DNA from: Candidatus Brocadia sp.
GTDB taxonomy: Bacteria; Planctomycetota; Brocadiia; Brocadiales; Brocadiaceae
NCBI GenBank assembly: GCA_021650915.1
Contig: CP091279.1
Location: 2,820,001 to 2,852,000 of the forward strand
Direction of reading: 5' to 3'
DNA length: 32,000 nt
The position numbers and the translations under genes are program-made. Under the pieces are notes generated by a model that worked only from the letters and a program-made list of their open reading frames with translations, was not told the origin of the DNA and searched no databases. Within the stretch, counting starts at the first letter, position 1. Every line of letters starts with the position of its first letter. Below, in pieces: positions 17,720 through 25,041 of this stretch.

Positions 17720-17762
17720 CAACCCTGCCAGGGTTTGAGCCCATGGCAGGGTTGATTTTATT
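17720..17762 (+). terminator. Candidate rho-independent terminator
   Basis: An 11-bp GC-rich stem, CAACCCUGCCA (17720-17730) with UGGCAGGGUUG (17744-17754), and a 13-nt loop. It is followed by AUUUUAUU...UUUU. Confidence 0.45.
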
Positions 17763-17803
17763 CCTCGTTTTAATGAAGCGCTTTGATGGACATGAGCAGT
17801 TGA

Positions 17804-18091
17804 CTATTTGTGATCTTTGTCTCTCATGCATTCGCCTGGATTCTTTTTAAATTTATCGGCGCACCCTTCACAGCAGAGATAGATTGACTTTCCTTCGTGT
17901 TCTACCTTTACCGCCTTCTCTTTATCACTGATGGCCTTTCCACAAGCCACACATTTCGTTTCTGCCTTTTCAGCCGTTGAAACTTGTTTTGCACTGCAGC
18001 ATTCACCCGCTATGATTGTACTGTTTACATAAAAAGCTGTTGGAAAAAACGCTAACGCAGCAGCACTGGCAAAGTGCACGATCCTCTTCAT
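17804..18091 (-). CDS. Secreted YHS/TRASH-like metal-binding domain protein
   Basis: N-terminal signal-like peptide (MKRIVHFASAAALAFFP), then CVACGKAI...YLCCEGCADKFKKNP, which resembles the YHS/TRASH CxxC...C..C..F pattern. Confidence 0.5.
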   Translation of the reverse strand: MKRIVHFASAAALAFFPTAFYVNSTIIAGECCSAKQVSTAEKAETKCVACGKAISDKEKAVKVEHEGKSIYLCCEGCADKFKKNPGECMRDKDHK

Positions 18092-18185
18092 TCTGCCCTC
18101 TCTTTCTCCAAAAAACCTTGTTTATAAAATAAAGTACCTCTGCGCGAATATTAACAAATATTCCATAAGAAGCAATGAGAAAACG

Positions 18186-19877
18186 TTAGTTTTTGAGATG
18201 GTCTTTTAGGCGCTCTATTGTATTTTTGATCTCTTCACCATCCGGTGCGGCGGGATTAAGTCTCAGGTAAATTTCATAATCCCTCAGCGCCTTTTCATCT
18301 TTTCCGAGCTTCTTAAAGGTATGTCCACGATGAAGGTATGCCAGGGGATTGTAAGGAAACAGTTTAATGGCTGTCGCAAAGTCCTCAAGCGCTTCATTGG
18401 TCATTTTCAGCTGGTTCTTAATTTGGCCTCGTTCATAATAAACGCCGGCAAGCCGCGGATTCAGTTCGATCATCTTATTGTAGTCCGCCAGAGATTTTTC
18501 GATCTCTCCCTTTCCCCGGTATGCCTTAGCCCGAATATAATAGGCGAAGGCATTATCCTTGTTGCTTTGTATGAAGTTTGATATATCCGCAATTGCTTCG
18601 TCAAAGCGCTGTGCATCGGCATGGAGAATGCTTCTCTTCATGAAAATTTCTGTATTATTGGGATCCAGTTCCAGTCCCTCGTTGAAGTCTGCCAGGGCTT
18701 TTGCCGGTTCATCCGATTCGGCATATGCCAGCCCCCGCTGGGCATACGCCAGCGCAAATTCCGGATCTAAAGAAATGGCGCTGTTGAAGTCTCCAATGGA
18801 CAAGTCTCTCCTGCCAATCATTCTAAAGGCAACGCCGCGATTATAATACGACAGGGCTGAATTAGGGTCCAACGCGATTGCCTTGCTGTAATCCATGATG
18901 GCTTTGTCAAAGATTTCCCGCGAGGCATATAGCGAACCACGGTTGTAATAGACCGGTGCATAGTCGGGATTCAGGGCAATGGCCTTGTTGTAATCATCCA
19001 GTGCGCGGTCATTCTCATGCATCTTCTCATACATTACACCACGGTTACTGTAGGCCACGGCATCGTTGCCGTGTAATTCAATAGCGCGGTTTACGTCTTG
19101 TAATGCCGCCTGTATATTGCCTTTCTCCTTTTGTGTTATGGATCGGTTCAGATAAATATCGGCAATGACCTCATTACGGGTAAGATTCTTGAGATAACAT
19201 CCATTTCTGATGCTTGCCTGCGAGATACGCTTTCCCGGCATGTTAATGTAGTAACTGTCGGGCGTAGACAAACCTTCGTACCCGGTCTCAATATTTCTCC
19301 GGAAATCTCCGTCGTCGTACCGGACAAAAATATGCTCTGGCACACTCACCCCGTGGATGGGTACGTGTAACCCTTCTGCTATGCACAGATAAAGGAGGGA
19401 GAGGCCTACGCAGTTGCCAGTCTTAGTATCCAGTACCTTATTGAGGGAGAGAGAATCAAGATCCCCCGTTTGAACATAGGTAAATTGGAGTTCATTAAAA
19501 AGGACGAGGTTGATTGTTTTAATAACCTGTTCCGGTTCTGTTTCTTCACGAAGGCCGATTTTGATATTTTTCACAATATCGTCCAGTTTCCTGAGATACT
19601 CGTTTATGTCGATTTCAGGATAGGATTCTTGTGCAATTTCAAAGACCGTCCTTGCGAGGCTTGCTTGTTGAGGAGCGATCTCCCACCCTGGATTCGGAGC
19701 TGAATTGTCTGCGAGCAGAACGGATAAAGGATGCCAGATGCCTGTGAGAAGATAGGGAAAACTGAAAATGACACAGACACCGCCAACAAGAAAGAATTTG
19801 CTGCCGGCATGGACAAACCGGAGCAATGACCTCTTCGCTTTATCATGACAGACTGGGGATTTGCAAGGATAACTCAT
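18186..19877 (-). CDS. Transglutaminase-like domain plus multi-TPR repeat protein (SirB1-like architecture)
   Basis: N-terminal TM segment, Cys-His-Asp core candidate (TGNCVGLSLLYLCIAEGLHVP...PEHIFVRYDD), then about 9 TPR units (repeating A..Y.NRG..Y....A..D(Y/F)..AI.L(D/N)P). Confidence 0.8.
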   Translation of the reverse strand: MSYPCKSPVCHDKAKRSLLRFVHAGSKFFLVGGVCVIFSFPYLLTGIWHPLSVLLADNSAPNPGWEIAPQQASLARTVFEIAQESYPEIDINEYLRKLDDIVKNIKIGLREETEPEQVIKTINLVLFNELQFTYVQTGDLDSLSLNKVLDTKTGNCVGLSLLYLCIAEGLHVPIHGVSVPEHIFVRYDDGDFRRNIETGYEGLSTPDSYYINMPGKRISQASIRNGCYLKNLTRNEVIADIYLNRSITQKEKGNIQAALQDVNRAIELHGNDAVAYSNRGVMYEKMHENDRALDDYNKAIALNPDYAPVYYNRGSLYASREIFDKAIMDYSKAIALDPNSALSYYNRGVAFRMIGRRDLSIGDFNSAISLDPEFALAYAQRGLAYAESDEPAKALADFNEGLELDPNNTEIFMKRSILHADAQRFDEAIADISNFIQSNKDNAFAYYIRAKAYRGKGEIEKSLADYNKMIELNPRLAGVYYERGQIKNQLKMTNEALEDFATAIKLFPYNPLAYLHRGHTFKKLGKDEKALRDYEIYLRLNPAAPDGEEIKNTIERLKDHLKN

Positions 19878-19931
19878 AAGCCAAAAGGCATAAATTTTGC
19901 CAAAAATGGTACAAGCCCAGCCTCTGCGGAG

Positions 19932-21335
19932 TTAATAGGCATGTTTATTGATAAATCCATTCCACAGCGTCAGCCATATGATTTTCAGATCAAAATGGAG
20001 TGACCAGTTTTCAATATAATACAGATCGTATTCAATCCGCTTCTCCAACGAGGTATTTCCACGCCAGCCACTAACCTGCGCCCAGCCGGTAATTCCCGCC
20101 TTCATTTTGTGTCGTAACATATATTTTGGAATGGCATTTCTGAAATTGTTTATGAATACCGGCCGTTCCGGCCGCGGCCCGACAATACTCATATCGCCAC
20201 GGAGAACATTGAAAAACTGCGGGAGTTCGTCCAGGCTCGTCCTTCTCAGGAGTTTGCCTATTTTTGTGCACCGGGGATCGTCCCTCTTCGTCCATACGGG
20301 ACCGGATGCCACTTCAGCATCGACTTCCATCGTCCGGAATTTTATCATTTTAAAAATCTTGCCATCCATTCCCATTCGCTCCTGTTTAAAGAAGACCGGT
20401 CCATGGGAAGTTATCTTCGTGAGGAGCGAGATAACTCCGATGAGAGGAGCCGTGCAAATTAACATGATCGTGGCAACAACAATATCCAAAAGCCTTTTCA
20501 CGATGATATTCCATCCATAGAGCGGGGTATCACGAAGGCTAATAAGCGGCATGCCCTCAAACTCACTTACGCTGCCCCGTAAGGTAATAAACTCAAAGAG
20601 ATCGGGTAAAACCATGATGCTTACCATCTCGTCGCCAAGATAATCCAGAATTTCCTTCAATTGATTATGGGCATGAAAAGGCAATGCAACAAACACAATG
20701 TCAATGCCCAGCTTCACAACGAACGAACGGACATCGGAGTATTTTCCCAGCACGCGGATTCCATGCAAAGTATTTCCGATGCGGCTCGGATCATGTGTCA
20801 GGAAACCGGAAATCCGTATTCCAAGTTCCGGATGTTTCCGCAATTTTTTTACCAGGTCTTGCCCAAAATTTTCTGTGCCAAGAATCAATGCATATCTTTG
20901 GTTATATCCCTTTTGCCGTAAAAAGCGTAAAAATTCCCGAAATAAAATGCGAGTCAAACTAAGCGATAGAATATTGATGAGCCAGAAATAAAAGAACGTC
21001 AGTCGGGAAAAATCATATTGACGGAAGAGGAAGGTAAGTGAGATGAGGATGAGGGTGGCAAAAGTCGATGCCTTGGCAATATCTGCAACTTCAGAAAGCT
21101 TAGTCGAAACCCGGCGGGGTCGGTACAATCCAAATATCCGAAAAACTATCCCCCATAAAGGGATCATAAAAATGAGGAGGGTCAGGTATGTTTTAAAGGG
21201 GGGAATCCCTTTAAGAACAGGTACGATGCCCGAGTAAAAACGCAGATAATAAGCCAGCATCCAGGCGCCAGACAAGACGAGCCAATCGGTAAGAAGGAGT
21301 ACTGACTCAAAGAACTTGCTATGTTTCTTTAGCAT
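19932..21335 (-). CDS. Polyprenyl-phosphate glycosyl-1-phosphate transferase (WcaJ/EpsB-type priming sugar transferase)
   Basis: Four to five N-terminal TM helices, a central Rossmann-like region, and the C-terminal bacterial sugar transferase domain (KRLLDIVVA...GPVFFKQERMG..GK.FKMIKFRTM...DELPQFFNVLRGDMSIVGPRPERP). Confidence 0.9.
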   Translation of the reverse strand: MLKKHSKFFESVLLLTDWLVLSGAWMLAYYLRFYSGIVPVLKGIPPFKTYLTLLIFMIPLWGIVFRIFGLYRPRRVSTKLSEVADIAKASTFATLILISLTFLFRQYDFSRLTFFYFWLINILSLSLTRILFREFLRFLRQKGYNQRYALILGTENFGQDLVKKLRKHPELGIRISGFLTHDPSRIGNTLHGIRVLGKYSDVRSFVVKLGIDIVFVALPFHAHNQLKEILDYLGDEMVSIMVLPDLFEFITLRGSVSEFEGMPLISLRDTPLYGWNIIVKRLLDIVVATIMLICTAPLIGVISLLTKITSHGPVFFKQERMGMDGKIFKMIKFRTMEVDAEVASGPVWTKRDDPRCTKIGKLLRRTSLDELPQFFNVLRGDMSIVGPRPERPVFINNFRNAIPKYMLRHKMKAGITGWAQVSGWRGNTSLEKRIEYDLYYIENWSLHFDLKIIWLTLWNGFINKHAY

Positions 21336-21342
21336 AAATGCT

Positions 21343-21364
21343 TTTCAATAGTAACTATTCAGCG
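21343..21364. repeat. Left end of IS: 8-bp target-site duplication TTTCAATA (21343-21350) plus 14-bp IRL GTAACTATTCAGCG (21351-21364)
   Basis: Read directly from the sequence. IRL is the exact reverse complement of 23056-23069, and the flanking octamer is repeated in direct orientation at 23070-23077. Confidence 0.9.
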
Positions 21365-23069
21365 TAATATCGCCCCCTATCGTTACGAGCTGGCAAAATC
21401 AGGCAATTTGCCGCGAAATACCATCCGTAATGCCTGACTTAAATTTACCCCTTGTTTTCGACAAGTCGAGAGATAACTACGGATGAGGCAGAAGATCTTC
21501 GCTCCGTCCAGAGAACGAAAACAGCCCGATATCTTCTGCTGAACCTTCGTCATCCTGATATCGTTTTCGGCCAGGTTATTCGTGAAGGGGACGTTTTTAT
21601 TGTCCATAAATCTGAGCACATCACCCTCATACTCCCGTAATCGTTCCAGGAGATTCCGTGCTTTTGTCCTTTTTACCCGCCCTCTTTTCCCCTTACGGTT
21701 CGTTTCATCAGGGGGCGGGCTTTCAGCTTCTGCGTTTTGTAATATCCCCCGGTACCTTTGCCGGTATTTCTCAGACTCGCCGTTTTCCAACAAACCCCCC
21801 GCATCCTTTACCGCACGGTTTATCTCTTCGAGCAGGGCTTTCATCTCTTTCGCCCACGGTTGCTTCTTATCCTCTTCCCACACCCCCTCCAATTCCCTCA
21901 GGTGGTGTGCATTACAGAGCGCATGTGTACAGCGGGTGTAGGTGTAATACGCCTTCAAATGGTCGTGACAAAGAATCCCCCGAAACTGGGGCAGTATCCC
22001 GATACTATCCATCGCTTCCGTCCCACGTCTTTCGTGAGGGAAAAAGTGTGTCCACAAACTATTGGATGCACTATGCAGCCAATACCTGTCTCCGTTCTTG
22101 TTGATGCTCGTTTCATCTGCCTGCAATACCTCTGATTTGACAAGTTCTTCCTTGGTTTTCCCCTCGAAGGCTTCCAGAGATTCGTAGGCATCCTTGTTAA
22201 AGTTGTAAAGAGAGCCTTCGCTCAGCGGTATCCCCATCTGCTCCTCAAAATACTCCTGGATCCTCTTATTGGGTATCAATTGATACTGTGACATATATAC
22301 TGCGTGCGCTTTCAAATCCGGCCCATACTGCACTGCCTTTGTCACCCCTTCCGGAAATGACGCTACAAACCTACTTCCCTCCGCATCCTCAACTATCTCT
22401 GCCCGATACTCCGTTACCACCCTTGAAATCTTCATATCAAACACCTGACGCGACTCATAACCGATCAACCTGTATTTGCCGCTCGGATACTTCCTCCGGT
22501 CTACTTTTATTACTTCCACCTTATCAGGATTGGCTACCTTTTTCAGCGTTACTCCATCATGACCCTCTTGCCCACCTGCCTTCCTCTCTCCTTTCGCCCT
22601 GCTCTTTCTCGTGCGATTCGGATCGCTTGCGGGCGGCTTACTACTGTTGCGACTGTTCCGGTTCAGACGTCCTACCAGCAGCGTTATCACTAACACCAAC
22701 AACTCTATCATTGACCTTATGGCAGGTGACAGACCTTTTTCCTCTGAAAGCAGCTTTTCTACTTTCCGCAGCGTTGCATCTATATCTATATTCTCTATCG
22801 TCAATGGATGGCACCGGTATTAATAGCCTGAAATCATCTCCTGCGGCTATTATACCACAGGCTTTTTCACCCATTTTTTTCACCCTCTACCGCCCTACAA
22901 AACTCTGTAATTCTCTGGCCGAACATACCCCACACCTCTCTTTGCAAAAACCTCCGATGGGCTACAGTGGCATCCTCCACAGCCATTTATTCTACCAACC
23001 AATTCTACGGCCCCCTTTTCTCATGTTGACTGTCAACTAAATTCTAAAATATTTTCGCTGAATAGTTAC
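21351..23069 (-). mobile_element. IS66-family insertion sequence (single-ORF, ISBst12-like), 1719 bp, apparently intact
   Basis: Perfect 14-bp terminal inverted repeats beginning 5'-GTAA (an IS66-family hallmark), an 8-bp direct target duplication TTTCAATA (the IS66-family TSD length), and one full-length transposase ORF. Confidence 0.9.
21383..22804 (-). CDS. IS66-family transposase (TnpC-type DDE)
   Basis: N-terminal leucine-zipper-like helix; basic linker NSSKPPASDP; DDE-region motifs LQADETSINKNG, ILCHDHLKAY and LCNAHHLRELE; C-terminal FTNNLAENDIRMTKVQQKISGCFRS. All are typical of IS66/ISBst12-group transposases. Confidence 0.9.
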   Translation of the reverse strand: MTIENIDIDATLRKVEKLLSEEKGLSPAIRSMIELLVLVITLLVGRLNRNSRNSSKPPASDPNRTRKSRAKGERKAGGQEGHDGVTLKKVANPDKVEVIKVDRRKYPSGKYRLIGYESRQVFDMKISRVVTEYRAEIVEDAEGSRFVASFPEGVTKAVQYGPDLKAHAVYMSQYQLIPNKRIQEYFEEQMGIPLSEGSLYNFNKDAYESLEAFEGKTKEELVKSEVLQADETSINKNGDRYWLHSASNSLWTHFFPHERRGTEAMDSIGILPQFRGILCHDHLKAYYTYTRCTHALCNAHHLRELEGVWEEDKKQPWAKEMKALLEEINRAVKDAGGLLENGESEKYRQRYRGILQNAEAESPPPDETNRKGKRGRVKRTKARNLLERLREYEGDVLRFMDNKNVPFTNNLAENDIRMTKVQQKISGCFRSLDGAKIFCLIRSYLSTCRKQGVNLSQALRMVFRGKLPDFASS

Positions 23070-24207
23070 TTTCAATATATTGTTTAAATTTTTCTTTAAA
23101 TATTGAACGATCGAAGTTTTCCGCATGTTTTCGAATTAAGCGCGGATCAAAAAGGTTTGTCCTTTGTTCAAAAAACCGCACCGCTTCCATTAATGACCCT
23201 GGAGTTTGTTTTGTAAAAAATACTCCTGTGGGTGATTCCGAATCTATCAGGGTCTTTGCCGCAGGTGACTCGCGGGGAGAAGGATACACTCCATGAACCG
23301 TTTCCAGTGCACCGCCCCTGGCAAAGGCAATTACCGGCTTTCCGCAGGCTTGTGCCTCTAAAGGGACGATGCCGAAGTCTTCTTCTCCGGGAAAGATCAA
23401 CGCTTTGCATCCCCGATAATACTCCCTCAATGATTCACTGGATTGCCATCCGATACATTGTACATGCTTTTTTGCCATCTTTCTGATCCGCCGTTCTTCC
23501 TGGCCTTCTCCGATCAGAATAAGCGGCAGGCCCATTCTTTCAAACGCTTCTATCGCAATGTCGATTCTCTTATAGGGGGCAAATGCCGATACGAGCAAAT
23601 AATAGTTTCCTTCTTTATAATTTTCCTGAGGTGTATAAAGCGAGCAATCCACGGGTGGGTGGATCACTTCTGCCAATCTTTTATAATACTTTTTTATCCG
23701 GTTTGCAACATGATAGGAGTTTGCTACAAAGTAATCCACCCGTTCACTGGAAGTAACGTCCCACATTCGTAAATAATGGGCAACAGGCGGCATCAAAACC
23801 TTTGAAATCAGTCCCTTTTGACCCGCACCAAAATACGTTTGATATTGGTCCCATACATATCGCATGGGAGTATGGCAATAACATACATGGACCGCCGTTG
23901 CAGAGGTGAGAATGCCCTTTGCCACACAGTGACTGCTGGACAGAACCAAATCGTATGCACCCATATCGAATCCTTCAATGGCCAAAGGAAACAACATCAG
24001 AAAAGATCTGTAATGCCTCTTAGTCAAAGGTATTTTCTGAAGGAAAGAGGTTTGTATATTCCTTTCCTCGATGATCTTTGAAACGCTGCCTCGGAGATGG
24101 ATTAAGGTAAAAACATCTGCATCTGGAAAGATCTCGCAGAATATCTCTAAAACCTTCTCTCCGCCGCGCATTCCGGTAAGCCAGTCGTGAACAATTGCTA
24201 CCCGCAC
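23044..24207 (-). CDS. GT4-family glycosyltransferase (Glycos_transf_1); 3' end rewritten by the IS insertion
   Basis: GT-B fold signatures: N-terminal MRVAIVHDWLTGMRGGEKV and E-x7-E region EEDFGIVPLEAQACGKPVIAFARGGALETV. The last 8 codons plus stop (SNYSAKIF*) are encoded by the IS right end (23044-23069). Confidence 0.85.
   Translation of the reverse strand: MRVAIVHDWLTGMRGGEKVLEIFCEIFPDADVFTLIHLRGSVSKIIEERNIQTSFLQKIPLTKRHYRSFLMLFPLAIEGFDMGAYDLVLSSSHCVAKGILTSATAVHVCYCHTPMRYVWDQYQTYFGAGQKGLISKVLMPPVAHYLRMWDVTSSERVDYFVANSYHVANRIKKYYKRLAEVIHPPVDCSLYTPQENYKEGNYYLLVSAFAPYKRIDIAIEAFERMGLPLILIGEGQEERRIRKMAKKHVQCIGWQSSESLREYYRGCKALIFPGEEDFGIVPLEAQACGKPVIAFARGGALETVHGVYPSPRESPAAKTLIDSESPTGVFFTKQTPGSLMEAVRFFEQRTNLFDPRLIRKHAENFDRSIFKEKFKQYIESNYSAKIF
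23056..23077. repeat. Right end of IS: 14-bp IRR CGCTGAATAGTTAC (23056-23069) plus 8-bp target-site duplication TTTCAATA (23070-23077)
   Basis: Read directly from the sequence. See the left-end entry. Confidence 0.9.
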
Positions 24208-24322
24208 AATGCAATCTCTTGTTAATTATCGTAGGGATGAATAAAAATAGATAGCTTCGGTAAATCTACGTAAATGATATTTCAAAGTCAAGCGGAAAAA
24301 GTCCTTGTGCTGTTGCTATTTT

Positions 24323-24354
24323 GAAATATTGTAACACTTTAGTTTTTTGAAAAA
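24323..24354. repeat. MITE left end: 8-bp TSD GAAATATT (24323-24330) plus 24-bp TIR GTAACACTTTAGTTTTTTGAAAAA (24331-24354)
   Basis: Read directly. The TIR is the exact reverse complement of 24458-24481, and the octamer is repeated directly at 24482-24489. Confidence 0.85.
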
Positions 24355-24481
24355 GTAGGGGCGAAGCATTTGCCATCTTGGGGTGTGAATACATTTATAC
24401 CAATTTATGGCAAATGCTTCGCCCTTACACCGTGCGGCAACATCGTTATTATGGTAATTTTTCAAAAAACTAAAGTGTTAC
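24331..24481. mobile_element. 151-bp non-autonomous element (MITE) with IS66-like GTAA termini
   Basis: Perfect 24-bp terminal inverted repeats, an 8-bp direct TSD, no coding capacity, and an internal second hairpin (24359-24375 pairs with 24408-24424). Confidence 0.75.
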
Positions 24482-24489
24482 GAAATATT
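24458..24489. repeat. MITE right end: 24-bp TIR (24458-24481) plus 8-bp TSD GAAATATT (24482-24489)
   Basis: Read directly. See the left-end entry. Confidence 0.85.
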
Positions 24490-24613
24490 AATTGTTACAA
24501 AGTGACCTCAGGAATTTGAAAGAAGATTGATATTTCCGGTTGTATGTGATACATTGAGGATCAATATATTGTGTTTTAGAGATGAAAAACAGGTATGAAA
24601 GGAGACGCACATA

Positions 24614-24817
24614 ATGAATCTAACAGAAGCGATTGATATGGTAGCAAAAGACGAACGGGATCTGCAGTTAAAATACACGAAAGTCGCCGATGAGGAAACT
24701 GACCCATTCGTAAAGGCTTTTTTACACAGAATCGTTAAAGATGCAATAAAACATGAAAAGAAGATATATAAGAAATATGAAAAGGTATTGGCTACCTTAA
24801 ACAAGAAGACGTATTAA
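24614..24817 (+). CDS. Small helical hypothetical protein (67 aa)
   Basis: AAAGGAGA lies 8 nt upstream of the ATG. The composition is a charged two-helix type. The opposite-strand ORF 24508..24804 looks non-genic. No family was recognised with confidence. Confidence 0.5.
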   Translation: MNLTEAIDMVAKDERDLQLKYTKVADEETDPFVKAFLHRIVKDAIKHEKKIYKKYEKVLATLNKKTY

Positions 24818-25041
24818 ACTCTGCCTGCAGCCATGAAACAAAAACCTCCAGTACCGTATCAGATATTTCTCCTGAATCTTTTTCTTCCTGCTATCGTTCA
24901 TACTTGCTTCTGTATGTCCTTTTTACAAGGGCTTTTTTGATTATGCGTTTGCTGCTCCGGAGAGCAGAGCGAGAGCCCTTGTTATAAACGAGGAAATGGA
25001 AGCGTGTTTTCTGCGAGGAATAAAACCGAGAAAGGGATATG

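Noticed and set aside
18186-19877. Apparent ~100-nt periodicity, considered as a tandem DNA repeat
   Set aside because: It reflects 34-residue TPR units of one long ORF. It is not a nucleotide-level repeat.
22288-23040. 250-aa plus-strand Pro/Leu/Ser-rich ORF inside the IS
   Set aside because: It is antisense to the IS66 transposase and to the IS 5' region. It has low-complexity composition and no RBS.
24355-24428. Strong 17-21-bp hairpin, considered as a rho-independent terminator or riboswitch stem
   Set aside because: It lies wholly inside the TIR/TSD-bounded MITE and lacks a U tract. It is best explained as internal MITE structure.
24925-24982. Nested hairpin (ACAAGGGCU ... AGCCCUUGU with inner GCUGCUC/GAGCAG) between the convergent 67-aa and FDP genes, considered as a bidirectional terminator
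   Set aside because: There is no U tract after the stem on either strand. It may still act as a terminator, but I cannot support the call.
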